DNA of 64,000 bases from Lentisphaeria bacterium (GCA_022009855.1 CP091727.1:3006145-3070144); one strand, 5' to 3'. Shown: positions 1 to 9,089, counted from the stretch's first letter. The notes: generated by a model from the letters alone, not told the origin. Numbers and translations are program-made.

Positions 1-16
1 ACACTCCGATGATAGA

Positions 17-318
17 GTATCCCCGCCCACGCTTAGCACGGCGCTACAGAATATACCCATACCGAAGTGCGCCGCAACAATATGCGACACACCACGACAG
101 GCGTTATTCTGTAAGACGCTATCTCATTGAAGTGCTAATTCGGGCGAGGAAACGTCAAATCGTCAGTTGTTTTATGAACTCTTAGTCTATGCCATTCAAA
201 TTCCTTTAGTTATCCAATAACGGAAATGTACTACAGAAATTTGAAAAAGCAAGCGCCTTTTCCGATTTACGTTTATTCTCCTGATAGCGTCTGCAATACT
301 AATCGTAGACGGGGATAC
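17..318 (-). ncRNA. Candidate structured RNA or ssDNA element (long imperfect hairpins)
   Basis: Nested stems 20-28/142-150, 33-39/132-138, 45-53/105-113, 67-76/83-92; alternative 15-bp stem 17-31/304-318; C-A mismatches on + are G-U pairs on -. Confidence 0.55.
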
Positions 319-343
319 GCAATAACTTTTCTGATGTATGTCT

Positions 344-481
344 TTACACTTGATAACATCCCCCAATAGTCGCATTGGGATATTGCATCTCCGCAATTTG
401 TCTCGCCCGTGCCATGTAATCTGCTTCAATGATGACTTCAAAAACTGTGGTTCTGGTCTGAACAACAACTTTATATTTCAT
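344..481 (-). CDS. Small hypothetical protein (45 aa, MKYKVVVQTRTTVFEVIIEAD...)
   Basis: Strong SD AAGGAGGT just upstream of ATG at 481; co-oriented with element genes. Confidence 0.65.
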   Translation of the reverse strand: MKYKVVVQTRTTVFEVIIEADYMARARQIAEMQYPNATIGGCYQV

Positions 482-596
482 GCTATACCTCCTTGAGTTG
501 CCGTCTACAGATAATCTACATTTGGGAAAATTCAAGTCTGATTTTGAAGATAAATTATTAATAAATAATGATATACACAATAATCAAGCGGGATAA

Positions 597-677
597 TCCG
601 GGGTATTCTGGGAGCGATCACGATTTCGCCAATAAAAATATCACGAAAACTGTTGATCACGCCCAGAATCGCCCGGA
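597..677 (-). repeat. 81-nt imperfect hairpin (single-strand-origin-like)
   Basis: TCCGGG/CCCGGA, ATTCTGGG/CCCAGAAT, GATCA/TGATC, TTTCG/CGAAA; no U-tract. Confidence 0.6.
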
Positions 678-683
678 ATGGCT

Positions 684-1100
684 CTATTGAGAGGAAAAAA
701 TGAAATCGATGATTTCTTGTTGTTTGGCGGCATATTCTACCGCTTCGGCATCGGAATCAGCCATCGTCTCTTGATATTGATAATATTCGTGTTCTCGACC
801 GATCATCTCCGCAATGGAACGAGGAACAATACAATATTGAGTCGGATCGTCGAGCTTGTCGGTGAATGAATTGATGCGCCTTTCTGCTTCTTCTTTTGTA
901 TCAAACGCAAAAAACTTCAACACTCCAGCTTCGACAAAAAGCGCAAAATATTCTTTCCCATCTGGAAAATTGATATGGAAATCTGAGCTTGCATTATAAA
1001 TTACACGTTCAAACTGTTCATTATATCCAGTATCCAATAAACCTTGTAGAGCATAGCCAAGTTCTTCAAGCAAGGTTTCCATAGTCGCAGCATTCTCCAT
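684..1100 (-). CDS. Hypothetical acidic protein (~138 aa)
   Basis: ORF beginning MENAATME, starting immediately after the upstream HTH gene stop. Confidence 0.7.
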   Translation of the reverse strand: MENAATMETLLEELGYALQGLLDTGYNEQFERVIYNASSDFHINFPDGKEYFALFVEAGVLKFFAFDTKEEAERRINSFTDKLDDPTQYCIVPRSIAEMIGREHEYYQYQETMADSDAEAVEYAAKQQEIIDFIFSSQ

Positions 1101-1101
1101 A

Positions 1102-1266
1102 TCACTTGCCCTCCAAGAGTTTTTCAATAATTGATTCCTCGTAATATACTTTTTTTCCCAACCTGATTTGCGGTAAATTCCAACGGCGAAGGGTTGGAGA
1201 GGATACCCCCAAGCGTTTTGCGGCTTCAGCAGCACTCAATAAATAACCATTCACATTTTTTAACAT
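1102..1266 (-). CDS. Excisionase-like (MerR-type/HTH_17) DNA-binding protein
   Basis: LLSAAEAAKRLGVSSPTLRRW...IRLGKKVYY pattern. Confidence 0.8.
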   Translation of the reverse strand: MLKNVNGYLLSAAEAAKRLGVSSPTLRRWNLPQIRLGKKVYYEESIIEKLLEGK

Positions 1267-1343
1267 ATTTTTCTCCTCACTGGCATTCATTCGCCATCAT
1301 ATAAGAAAAAATATAAAAAAATGTGTATATTGAGTATAATTAT

Positions 1344-1361
1344 TGTAACCCTCGGGTTACA
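1344..1361. promoter_or_regulatory. Palindromic operator-like site TGTAACCC-TC-GGGTTACA
   Basis: Perfect 8-bp arms upstream of the xis-like gene. Confidence 0.45.
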
Positions 1362-1429
1362 GTTTTTGGGAATGGAACTTTTCCACAATAAATTTTTTAT
1401 GATCCGCTTCCTTGGTCGTTGGCTCTTGC

Positions 1430-1488
1430 AGAAAAAATTATAGAGTTCAAGGAAAAATGTTGAGAGCATTTTCCCCTGAAACTCTATA
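1430..1488 (-). terminator. Probable intrinsic terminator after the polymerase-like gene
   Basis: Stem TATAGAGTT/AACTCTATA extended by G-U pairs on the - strand, followed by a U-tract on -. Confidence 0.5.
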
Positions 1489-1549
1489 TATTATAATAGA
1501 TTTTCCATAGGTTGAGGCTTGATCTGGGTGAAATTATGTTCAGATAATT

Positions 1550-1569
1550 GTGTCGCCAATTGGCGACAC
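1550..1569. repeat. Perfect 20-bp palindrome GTGTCGCCAATTGGCGACAC
   Basis: Read directly; 11 bp after the polymerase-like gene stop. Confidence 0.9.
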
Positions 1570-1580
1570 TTCTTGTTGAA

Positions 1581-2969
1581 TCATTTCGCCTCTACCACAC
1601 AATCGAATCCCATATAATGACGATATGTCGTTTGCATAACCTCTGCGGTTCGATTTTGAGCATGGCGTGGCACAATCACAGAATCATGGACGGGAAGCGC
1701 CGGAATACCTTCCTGAGCCAATACAGAGAGGATGTGGAGCATCATTTCTCCGTCCAAACGTTGCAAATACACGCCGCAATCGCTTCCGAAAAATCTGCGG
1801 ATTACTCGATGACGTTCCATGAGTTCAGCAATGAGCTTATGCCAGTTCGGTTGATATTCATGGATGCAGTCCAAAAGTTTTAAGTCTCTTGGAGAAAGAA
1901 GAACCTTGCGCTTGAGTGTATAAACTGTATCAGACATTGATCTGACGGTATAACCGACACTCTTGGCGTTGAGTAATCGTAGCATGAGCGTTTTATATAG
2001 CGGTCTCAACTCTGCTGATAATCCAGAATAGGGGTCTTCTTTAATTTGGATACCCATGATGGCATATAGCATCGAAACGTGCAATCCCTTGAAATCCAAT
2101 TCAACAGTTGCTTCATCATTAATTGTTATTGTTTTTCTCTGTTCTTGTGGAAGTCCTTGCCATCCTATTCCTCTTTGGGGAATAGAGTATAAACGTCCTC
2201 CACATAAAAAAACTACTTCTCGAAAATATTGCTGATATTCCAGGATATAGATTATCATTTGTCCCTAGTAATGGGTATGATTTATTATTATTTATATTGG
2301 GTATATCATTAGGATTATTATATATATGATATGAATTAATAAGTTTATGTTCATTTTTATTAATATATTTAAATGTATTAGATTTATAGAGTTCATTAAT
2401 AGGAATAATTTTTTCGGAAAAAAATCGGGAAATTTTATTTTCGGAAAAATCAATTTCGTTTCCTTGGCTATCATGAAGGATAACTGGCTTTATCGTTCTG
2501 AGAGCACGGAAATCAGATGGTTTCAACGTTCGGAAATGATATTGTAAAATCTTCGTTGCCCAATATCGACTGGTCTGACCGCATTGTTCATTGTGATCAA
2601 AATGTCCCATATGTTCACGAATATACCCAGAGTCCCTTAAGAAATTCAAAATGAGCAAAAGGTTCTCTTGGATAGCTTGCGCTTTGAAATCGCCGTTTCT
2701 CCATTGAGGAATGAATTGGAGCGTGGAATTGCAACACAGTTTTCCTGCAAAAATGCCTTTCCGACGTTGGCAATAATCATGAAGAGATATTCCACTGCTT
2801 GCTCATAAGTTTTTACCTGCGCCTTTGGATTGATCGGCAAGTTCGGAAGCATGTTTTCAATCATTTTCTCGACTTCTAGATTGTTAATCGTTAAATCCAG
2901 ATCAAAGCGGTTGGAGTCATCGAACCAGCAAAAATATTCAAAGCGGTCATTATATAAGAGTGTCATCAT
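1581..2969 (-). CDS. Family-A DNA polymerase / T7-RNAP-fold polymerase-like protein (~462 aa; two compensating homopolymer frameshifts)
   Basis: ORFs 2646-3077, 2119-2658 and 1581-2258 join at A-runs (~2658, ~2210); motifs GGRLY, VELDFKGLH (A), R-x3-K (B), LQRLD, LPVHDS (C); SD GGAGG. Confidence 0.75.
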
Positions 2970-3135
2970 GTACCTCCGTTTTGGCAAGAATACTGGCTTT
3001 CGCCACTTGATGAACGTGTTTTGCAATTTCCCTTTGGAGAGGGCGTGATACTTCTGAGGACAAATCCAAGAGCTCATCGATTTTATCGGATGGGCTCATT
3101 GCAATCAAGCGTTTTGCAAAATCAGTTGTTGTCAT
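2950..3135 (-). CDS. Small hypothetical protein (61 aa, MTTTDFAKRL...)
   Basis: SD GGAGGAGG upstream; overlaps the polymerase start, suggesting coupling. Confidence 0.65.
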   Translation of the reverse strand: MTTTDFAKRLIAMSPSDKIDELLDLSSEVSRPLQREIAKHVHQVAKASILAKTEVHDDTLI

Positions 3136-3303
3136 GATAATCCTCCTCCATGGCATGAAAGCAGTCCATGCAGCATACGTTGCTGACTTCTTCCTCAATT
3201 AGATTAACTCGATAAGCGACATTTTCATTTTTTGTGATGGTGCGAAGACAGATCGCACAAAATTCTTCATTTTTCATTCTATTTTACTCCTTGGATTTTA
3301 TAA

Positions 3304-3608
3304 CTATATTTTATTATTAATGAAATTAAATAACTCTCTCTCGTCAATACGAATGGCTCTTTTGCCGATCCTATGGTATTGTAACTTTCCCTCGGCATGA
3401 TATATGTCCAACATACGAATTGATACTCCAAGTAAAGCTGCAAACTCCTTTTTACGAATAAGATGCGGTTTGTCGGTTTCCGTATTGGCTTTTTGATAGA
3501 TTCTAAAATGATGGTCGCTTCTTCTTGGGGAATGGCTCCGGTTAGAATTGCACCGGAACACATTTGATTGACTGCTTGAATTGTTTTAGCTGATATTTTT
3601 GATTTCAT
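3304..3608 (-). CDS. Excisionase-like HTH protein (one frameshift)
   Basis: LIRKKEFAALLGVSIRMLDIY...GKLQYHRIGKRAIRID; N-terminus in the adjacent frame; SD AAGGAG. Confidence 0.78.
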
Positions 3609-3677
3609 AAATCACTCCTTATTTTTAGAATTTGAAATAATATAAGTCGTTAATATATGGTATTCAAAAACTTAAAA

Positions 3678-3720
3678 GAAAAGTGCGCATCTTTCAAAAC
3701 ACGAAAAATGCGCACTTTTC
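3678..3720. promoter_or_regulatory. Tandem operator-like sites GAAAA(G/A)TGCGCA(TC/CT)TTTC, 25-bp period
   Basis: Two near-palindromic 18-mers that are also inverted repeats of each other (13 bp perfect). Confidence 0.55.
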
Positions 3721-3752
3721 AAAAGATCCAAGGCTTTTTTAATATCTTGGGA

Positions 3753-4328
3753 CTACTGAATAAATTGATTATAGATTAGGACGAGTGGCTTGTGCAAGAT
3801 AAGTGCTTTCGTAATTTTTAAAGTTCTTTCTCCGTATTTTTTCAGCCCAGCCGCTACCATCTGAGCTTGAGTATACTGTATGGCTTGGCGGTTGGCTTCC
3901 CGATCTTTCATATGCTGACGCATCAATTCCAGCCGTTTGTTCCGATATATCTCTCCGTACTTAATCGCATTCTCTTGTAATTGCTGAAATCTTGTTTTGT
4001 TGGCTCTAAGATTATTATATTGTTTTTGCGCTAATGGAAATATTTGATCTTTACGCTTGATAACCTGTCGAAAACGTTTATACCCGGATAGAAAACGTTC
4101 TCGCTCCATTACAATATCTTGTTGACTCGGGATCGATTCGATAATTTCAATCAACTTTTTGCGTTGTGTTGCTGTTAGTTCTTCTCCTGACGTTTTTTTT
4201 AGCAAATTCAGAATTTTTTCTCGGGATTGATCGAAATCATGGCAGCAGGTTTCTACAAAAATCAAAAAAGAATGGATTTGACTGAATTCTTCTATCGCTT
4301 TTTGATTTGCAGATTTCCATTCACTCAT
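3753..4328 (-). CDS. Hypothetical helical/coiled-coil protein (191 aa)
   Basis: Intact ORF overlapping the integrase stop. Confidence 0.7.
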   Translation of the reverse strand: MSEWKSANQKAIEEFSQIHSFLIFVETCCHDFDQSREKILNLLKKTSGEELTATQRKKLIEIIESIPSQQDIVMERERFLSGYKRFRQVIKRKDQIFPLAQKQYNNLRANKTRFQQLQENAIKYGEIYRNKRLELMRQHMKDREANRQAIQYTQAQMVAAGLKKYGERTLKITKALILHKPLVLIYNQFIQ

Positions 4329-6097
4329 TGGCTGTTCCTTCCTCTATGCGATTAGTTGCGATTTGTTGTCTGATATTTTCCAACTCTTGGTCTGATAATG
4401 TATGGCATTTTCTGATTGTTCGAATTAAACCGAAACGTTCTAAATATCGCCTGATGTAAGTGTCGGAAAGACGATAAATCGCTGCAATTTGACGGTTTGA
4501 ATAGTGATTGATCAAATTAGAAAGAGCCTCCTTTGTAGGACGCAATTCTCTGAGCTCTGGTGATGGCATTGATTCTTCAATGGGAAGTTCGATGACTGAC
4601 GGTGGTGTTTCTGGCTCTGCAGGACTAAATAAGGGTGGTTCCCCCATCTCTATATATTCCTGAACTCTTTTCAACTTTTGCAAAACGGGAAGTTCTGCTT
4701 GGTTGATAAATGCATTCAACTCTTGCCGAAGCGATTCGATTGATTCTGAAATGGGGGAATCATTTCCCATGACAGTGACATAACCAGATTGCATGATCCC
4801 ATCCATCAATGCCCGACTTTGCTGAATATGAGATTGACTACTCTCAACTCGGAAATAATGTTTGGAGAGAGTATCGGCACTATCTCCCGATATTTCTTTT
4901 AATTGTGTAAAACTGATACCCTTTTCAATTAATCGAGAAAAACAGGCACCCCGCAAAGAATGAAATCCGACAAGGTTTACTCGGCGATCCGAGTCGTTAT
5001 AACGCTGGCGCTGAGTGGTTTCATAACCACAAAATTGAAAAACCTTGATGACATCATCCCCTAGAGGACAACGTGTACTGGGAGTTAAATAGCGGACTGC
5101 TATATGGGGCAGAATATAATCTTCTGCATTGTTATTTTTGCTCCTGCCATTGACGGGCTATGGCAAGATAACCACCCAATGCCGGACAAATTGCAATTTT
5201 AACTTGGATGCGTTGTCTAAGAGTCTTACGAGGCATAAAGACAAAAAAAGGACGATTGTTTTCAATTTGGATATGACTCCAGCGCATGGTACAGCAGTCG
5301 CCCCAGCGAGCTCCTGTAAAAGTGCCAATGGCGAACATCACCCGCATTTCATCCCAGTCCCGTATTCGAATTCTTGAGAATTGGCGTAAAACATGTAAGC
5401 TGTCGGAAAATGTGAATTGAGCTCGAGGCGTATTGACTACATTTCGGACATCTGGCAATTGCTTCCATATATTGTTCGTGATGTGCAAAATATTTGCTTG
5501 AATCAGTTTTTCAGTGATGTGGATGAGCGCCTTACGTTTTTGCTGCATCGTCGAATCTGCGTAATGCAGAGATTGCAGATGTTGCCAGTAACGGAGTGGG
5601 GCTTCTTCTGGTATGTCATCATAAAATTCAAGAGTGGGATATTGCTCATGAAGCCACTGAAGACAAGCTTGCATCCAGCGAATATTATTACGGGCGGTCG
5701 ATGTAGAGGGCGGGTTGGGATTGCTTGTAAGTAAGCGGCAATAAGAAGGAATAACTTCCAGTAAACTAAGAGGCGGCATTGTACGTTGGCGTTCTAAGGC
5801 AAGTTGCTCTGCTTCTGCCTGACGAGCCAATTCTTCTTGGGCACGTAATATGATGGCTTGCGCCCGAGTTTCTCTTTGCAGAATCCGCTCTTTTGCCGCA
5901 GCAAGAACTGCCGGGGTAATGTCGGACTCGGCGGTAATATTGAATTTGTTACCAGAATCATCCTGCTTCTGCAGGACAGAAGTTTTCCTTTTTCCATCCG
6001 GTAAAGTCAATTGGAAAAAATATTTTCCGGTTTTACGCTCTTTGTAAACATAACCTTCCTGACGGATAAGTCTGGCATTCGGGCTGACTCTTGGCAT
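4321..6097 (-). CDS. Tyrosine recombinase/integrase (~590 aa, one frameshift ~5135) with C-terminal HTH-like extension
   Basis: TGARWGD (R-I), PRKT (K), GFHSLR (H-x-x-R), TLSKHY (Y); SAM-like core-binding region; adjacent to att. Confidence 0.9.
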
Positions 6098-6162
6098 AAA
6101 AATTCCCTTGTTTCCGATTACTTCTCGTCATTTCCTTTAAGATAGCTTATAATGTTCCTTTT

Positions 6163-6200
6163 TACAAGTTTAATACAAGTAAAACGATATTTTAAACGAT
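6163..6200. repeat. Candidate integrase arm-type sites (TACAAGT x2, 11-bp period; AAACGAT x2)
   Basis: Short direct repeats between the integrase start and the att core. Confidence 0.4.
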
Positions 6201-6218
6201 TTTGAGCTTAAACATATC

Positions 6219-6265
6219 GACTGGGGGTCAAAAGGTCGAGAGTTCAAATCTCTCTATCCCGACCA
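6219..6265 (+). other. attR: 3' half of tRNA-Pro(GGG), from anticodon loop to CCA
   Basis: GACTGGGGGTCAAAAGGTCGAGAGTTCAAATCTCTCTATCCCGACCA has a T-arm and CCA but no 5' acceptor strand or D-arm. Confidence 0.88.
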
Positions 6266-6282
6266 TTTTTTTGCCGAAATTC

Positions 6283-6320
6283 CGGGAATCTGAGCTCAAA
6301 CTCGGGTTCCCGTTCTTTTT
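6283..6320 (+). terminator. Intrinsic terminator of the original tRNA-Pro
   Basis: CGGGAATCTGAG-loop-CTCGGGTTCCCG followed by TTCTTTTT. Confidence 0.75.
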
Positions 6321-6572
6321 GTCCACTGTTGCCGATTCTCTCCCAAAGTGGCCGATTCGAGGCGAAAATGCCACATTTCTGCCACATTTTTGCCTCTTCT
6401 CCGTTTTGAGCTATAAATCATAGTTGCTTTTGAGGTTGAATAGAGGGTAGTTGAAAGATAACGTCCGGAAAATTGCGCACATTTTTGAGAGAGGGCACTT
6501 GAAAAGGGCCTGTTTTCTGATTGATTATAGTGACCAAACTCTAACCAAAGAAAGGAAAACAGGCCAAGGAAA

Positions 6573-6780
6573 ATGTAGCGCAAGAAAACGAAAAGGCAAT
6601 CTCCGGAGCGATTAAAATTGACGAAAAGAGATTCGGACGCATCTCGACGGATTGGTTCGGCAGTCGGTCGAGGATACGTTGAATGCGCTTCTGAATGCGG
6701 AAGCCGACGCGATCTGCCAGGCTTCGAGGTATCAGCGCAGTCCGGATCGGCAGGATACACGGGCCGGAAGCTATAGATAA
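6573..6780 (+). pseudogene. IS256-family transposase N-terminal remnant
   Basis: Translates as ...VRQSVEDTLNALLNAEADAICQASRYQRSPDRQDTRAGSY; remainder absent. Confidence 0.75.
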
Positions 6781-6828
6781 GAAACAAAAATACTTGTAGA
6801 ATCTCTTTGTACGTACTATATTGCCCGT

Positions 6829-7864
6829 ATGGAACTTCGAGATGCAAGAAAAATCAATTCAAAAGAATTGTATGATCGTCGAAAGCTGGCGGTTTTGCTG
6901 TTCGAAAAAGGGCTGAAGCGCTATGAGATCGTTCCGCTTGTCGGAGTGAGCGCCTATACAGTCAGCCAATGGATTAAGGCTTGGAAAAAGGAGGCCAAGC
7001 CGCATTGAAGGTCGGCAATAAAGGGCGACCGCGGGGGCTTTACCGAAAATTGCTTCCACATGAAGAACGGGAAATTCGCGCGTGCAATCACGGATTGTTG
7101 TCCAGATCAGCTGAAATAGCCATTTGCACGCTGGACTCGACAAGCGGTGCAAACTCTGATCAAACAGAAATATTCTGTGGATTTGAGCTTGCAGGCGGTC
7201 AGCAATTACTTGAATATGCGGGGCTTTTCCCCGCAAAAGCCGACTCGACGGGCGTATGAACGCAATGATCAGCAAGTTCGCATCTGGTTGGAAAAAGAGT
7301 ATCCGGCTATTGCAGCTCGCGCCCGACAGGAAAAAGCGGAAATTCACTGGGGAGATGAAACCGGATTGCGCAGCGACGATGTTAAAGGGAGAAGCTATGC
7401 GCCGAAAGGGAAAACTCCGGTGCAATATGTGAAAGCTGCTCCCGAAAAAATTGAATATGATCAGCACCGTCACGAATCGCGGATTGATGCGTTTTATGTT
7501 TTACCGTGAAACTATGACCGCACAATTATTGATTCAATTCTTGAAACGGCTGATTCGCTCTTCTCAGAAGAAGATCTTTCTGATTTTGGATAACTTTACG
7601 TGTTCATCACAGCAAACTTCTGCAGGAGTGGCTGACGGAAAACAAGGCTTTTATTGAAATCTTTTATCTGCCAAGCTACAGTCCAGATCTGAATCCTGAC
7701 GAATTACTGAACCGGGATTTGAAAGCGGCCCTTTCCAAAACTCCTGCGGCAAAACGGGATGGAGAGCTTGAGAAACATGCAAAATCCCATATGCGAAGCA
7801 TTCAAAAACACCCAGAGAAGATCAAAGCTTTTTTCACAAGGAGTCTGTCAGATACGCCAGCTGA
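6829..7864 (+). mobile_element. IS630-family transposase (several frameshifts)
   Basis: N-terminal HTH, GFSPQKP, WGDETG, LILDN, LPSYSPDLNPDE motifs. Confidence 0.88.
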
Positions 7865-7940
7865 ACCACAAGGATTAAAGCGTGGGAACAATATGAAAAA
7901 TGATGGTATAAGAAAACTGCTCCCTTTTGAAAAAGAGCTC

Positions 7941-7969
7941 TTGACAATGTCGTTGGAATATGGTATAAT
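7941..7969 (+). promoter_or_regulatory. Sigma-70 promoter
   Basis: TTGACA-17 bp-TATAAT with extended -10 TG. Confidence 0.8.
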
Positions 7970-8007
7970 TATATAGTATAACCAAAAATTACAGGAAAGA
8001 ATTCTGG

Positions 8008-9075
8008 ATGAACAACAGCATACTGGACTATGAACCCCTCTATGAAAAGCTGCGGAAAAAGCTGCTGGAACAAATAGAGGAGGAACATCTGACTTCTCTG
8101 CCGAATGAAAAGGAACTGATGTCCCGCTATCATGTCTCTCGCAACACATTGCGCAGGGCGATTCTGGAATTGACAGAGGCGAAAATACTGCGTCCGGTTC
8201 AGGGAATCGGAACACTGGTAAACCCGGTTTCGGATCTGAAGGAGGACAGTCAGATTCTGCTGATTTATGATGTTGCAATGCCGGTATATCAGCAGGAAAT
8301 TTTCCGAGAGCTGCTGTTCCGGCTCGGACAAAGCAGACTGCGGACCAGTGTACTGATGGTGGACAAGGAAAATGTCGATGCCGACATTCTGAAATCCCAT
8401 CTGAAAGAGTGCGATGCGGTAATCGTTGATATGTACTGCAGTTTTTCTCCGATAATCCGCGAGCAGGTGGCACAGTGCGGTAAAAAGCGGATCTGTCTGC
8501 GATGGGATGCAACCCGTTTTCAGTTTCCGTCAGTAGAAACAGATCTGGCGGAAGGGGTTTATTTGCTGACGAAGCATCTGCTGGATCTCGGTCACCGAAA
8601 ATTTTTCCTGATGCTCAATTCAAATGATTCAAGGAGAATGCCCGGATTTTTGCGGGCTTTAGAAGAATACAAGCTTGATTCTTCTGCATACCACATTCTT
8701 CCACGGGACTGGAAAAAATCTGCCAGGGAACGGAAGTATGATATGGCATATGCTCGCGAAATGCTGGCAGTTCGTACAAATGAAACCGCGATTCTCTGTA
8801 ACAATGACTGTCTTGCTCTTTGCGCGGAAGAACTTCTTCTTGCCAATGAGATCCGGATTCCGGAAGATGTTTTCAGTCGTCGGATTCGACAACATTGCCG
8901 ATTCCGTAGATTTCCCGGTCCCGCTGACAACCTGTTCCGGAAAAATGGAGGAGCTGATCCGGGAGGCGATCGCCTATCTGTTTTCCAACAGAAAACCCAA
9001 TGAAATGTTTTATAAGAAAATTATGCCGGAACTGGTGATTCGTCAATCCACCGGTCCGGTAAAACAACCAAATGA
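8008..9075 (+). CDS. GntR-HTH + LacI-type sensor domain regulator (AraR-like; frameshifted)
   Basis: [31 protein letters not shown]...LTT...[10 protein letters not shown]-terminus in a second frame. Confidence 0.85.
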
Positions 9076-9089
9076 AGGAGGGTGTGAAC

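Larger units (their letters stand above)
1..6265 (-). mobile_element. Integrative element (right part) inserted at tRNA-Pro(GGG); left end lies outside the window
   Basis: Visibly AT-rich compared with the host; co-oriented integrase, xis-like and polymerase-like genes; ends exactly at a tRNA-Pro 3' half duplicate. Confidence 0.88.

Noticed and set aside
1..160. Hammerhead ribozyme (CGATGA...GAAAC)
   Set aside because: The CUGAUGA core is not exact and the required three-stem junction cannot be built
20..677. Integron attC sites around the small ORF
   Set aside because: The hairpins lack RYYYAAC...GTTRRRY ends, and the integrase looks like a tRNA-targeting island integrase
6190..6265. Intact tRNA-Pro gene
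   Set aside because: The 5' acceptor strand and D-arm are missing; it is an att duplicate
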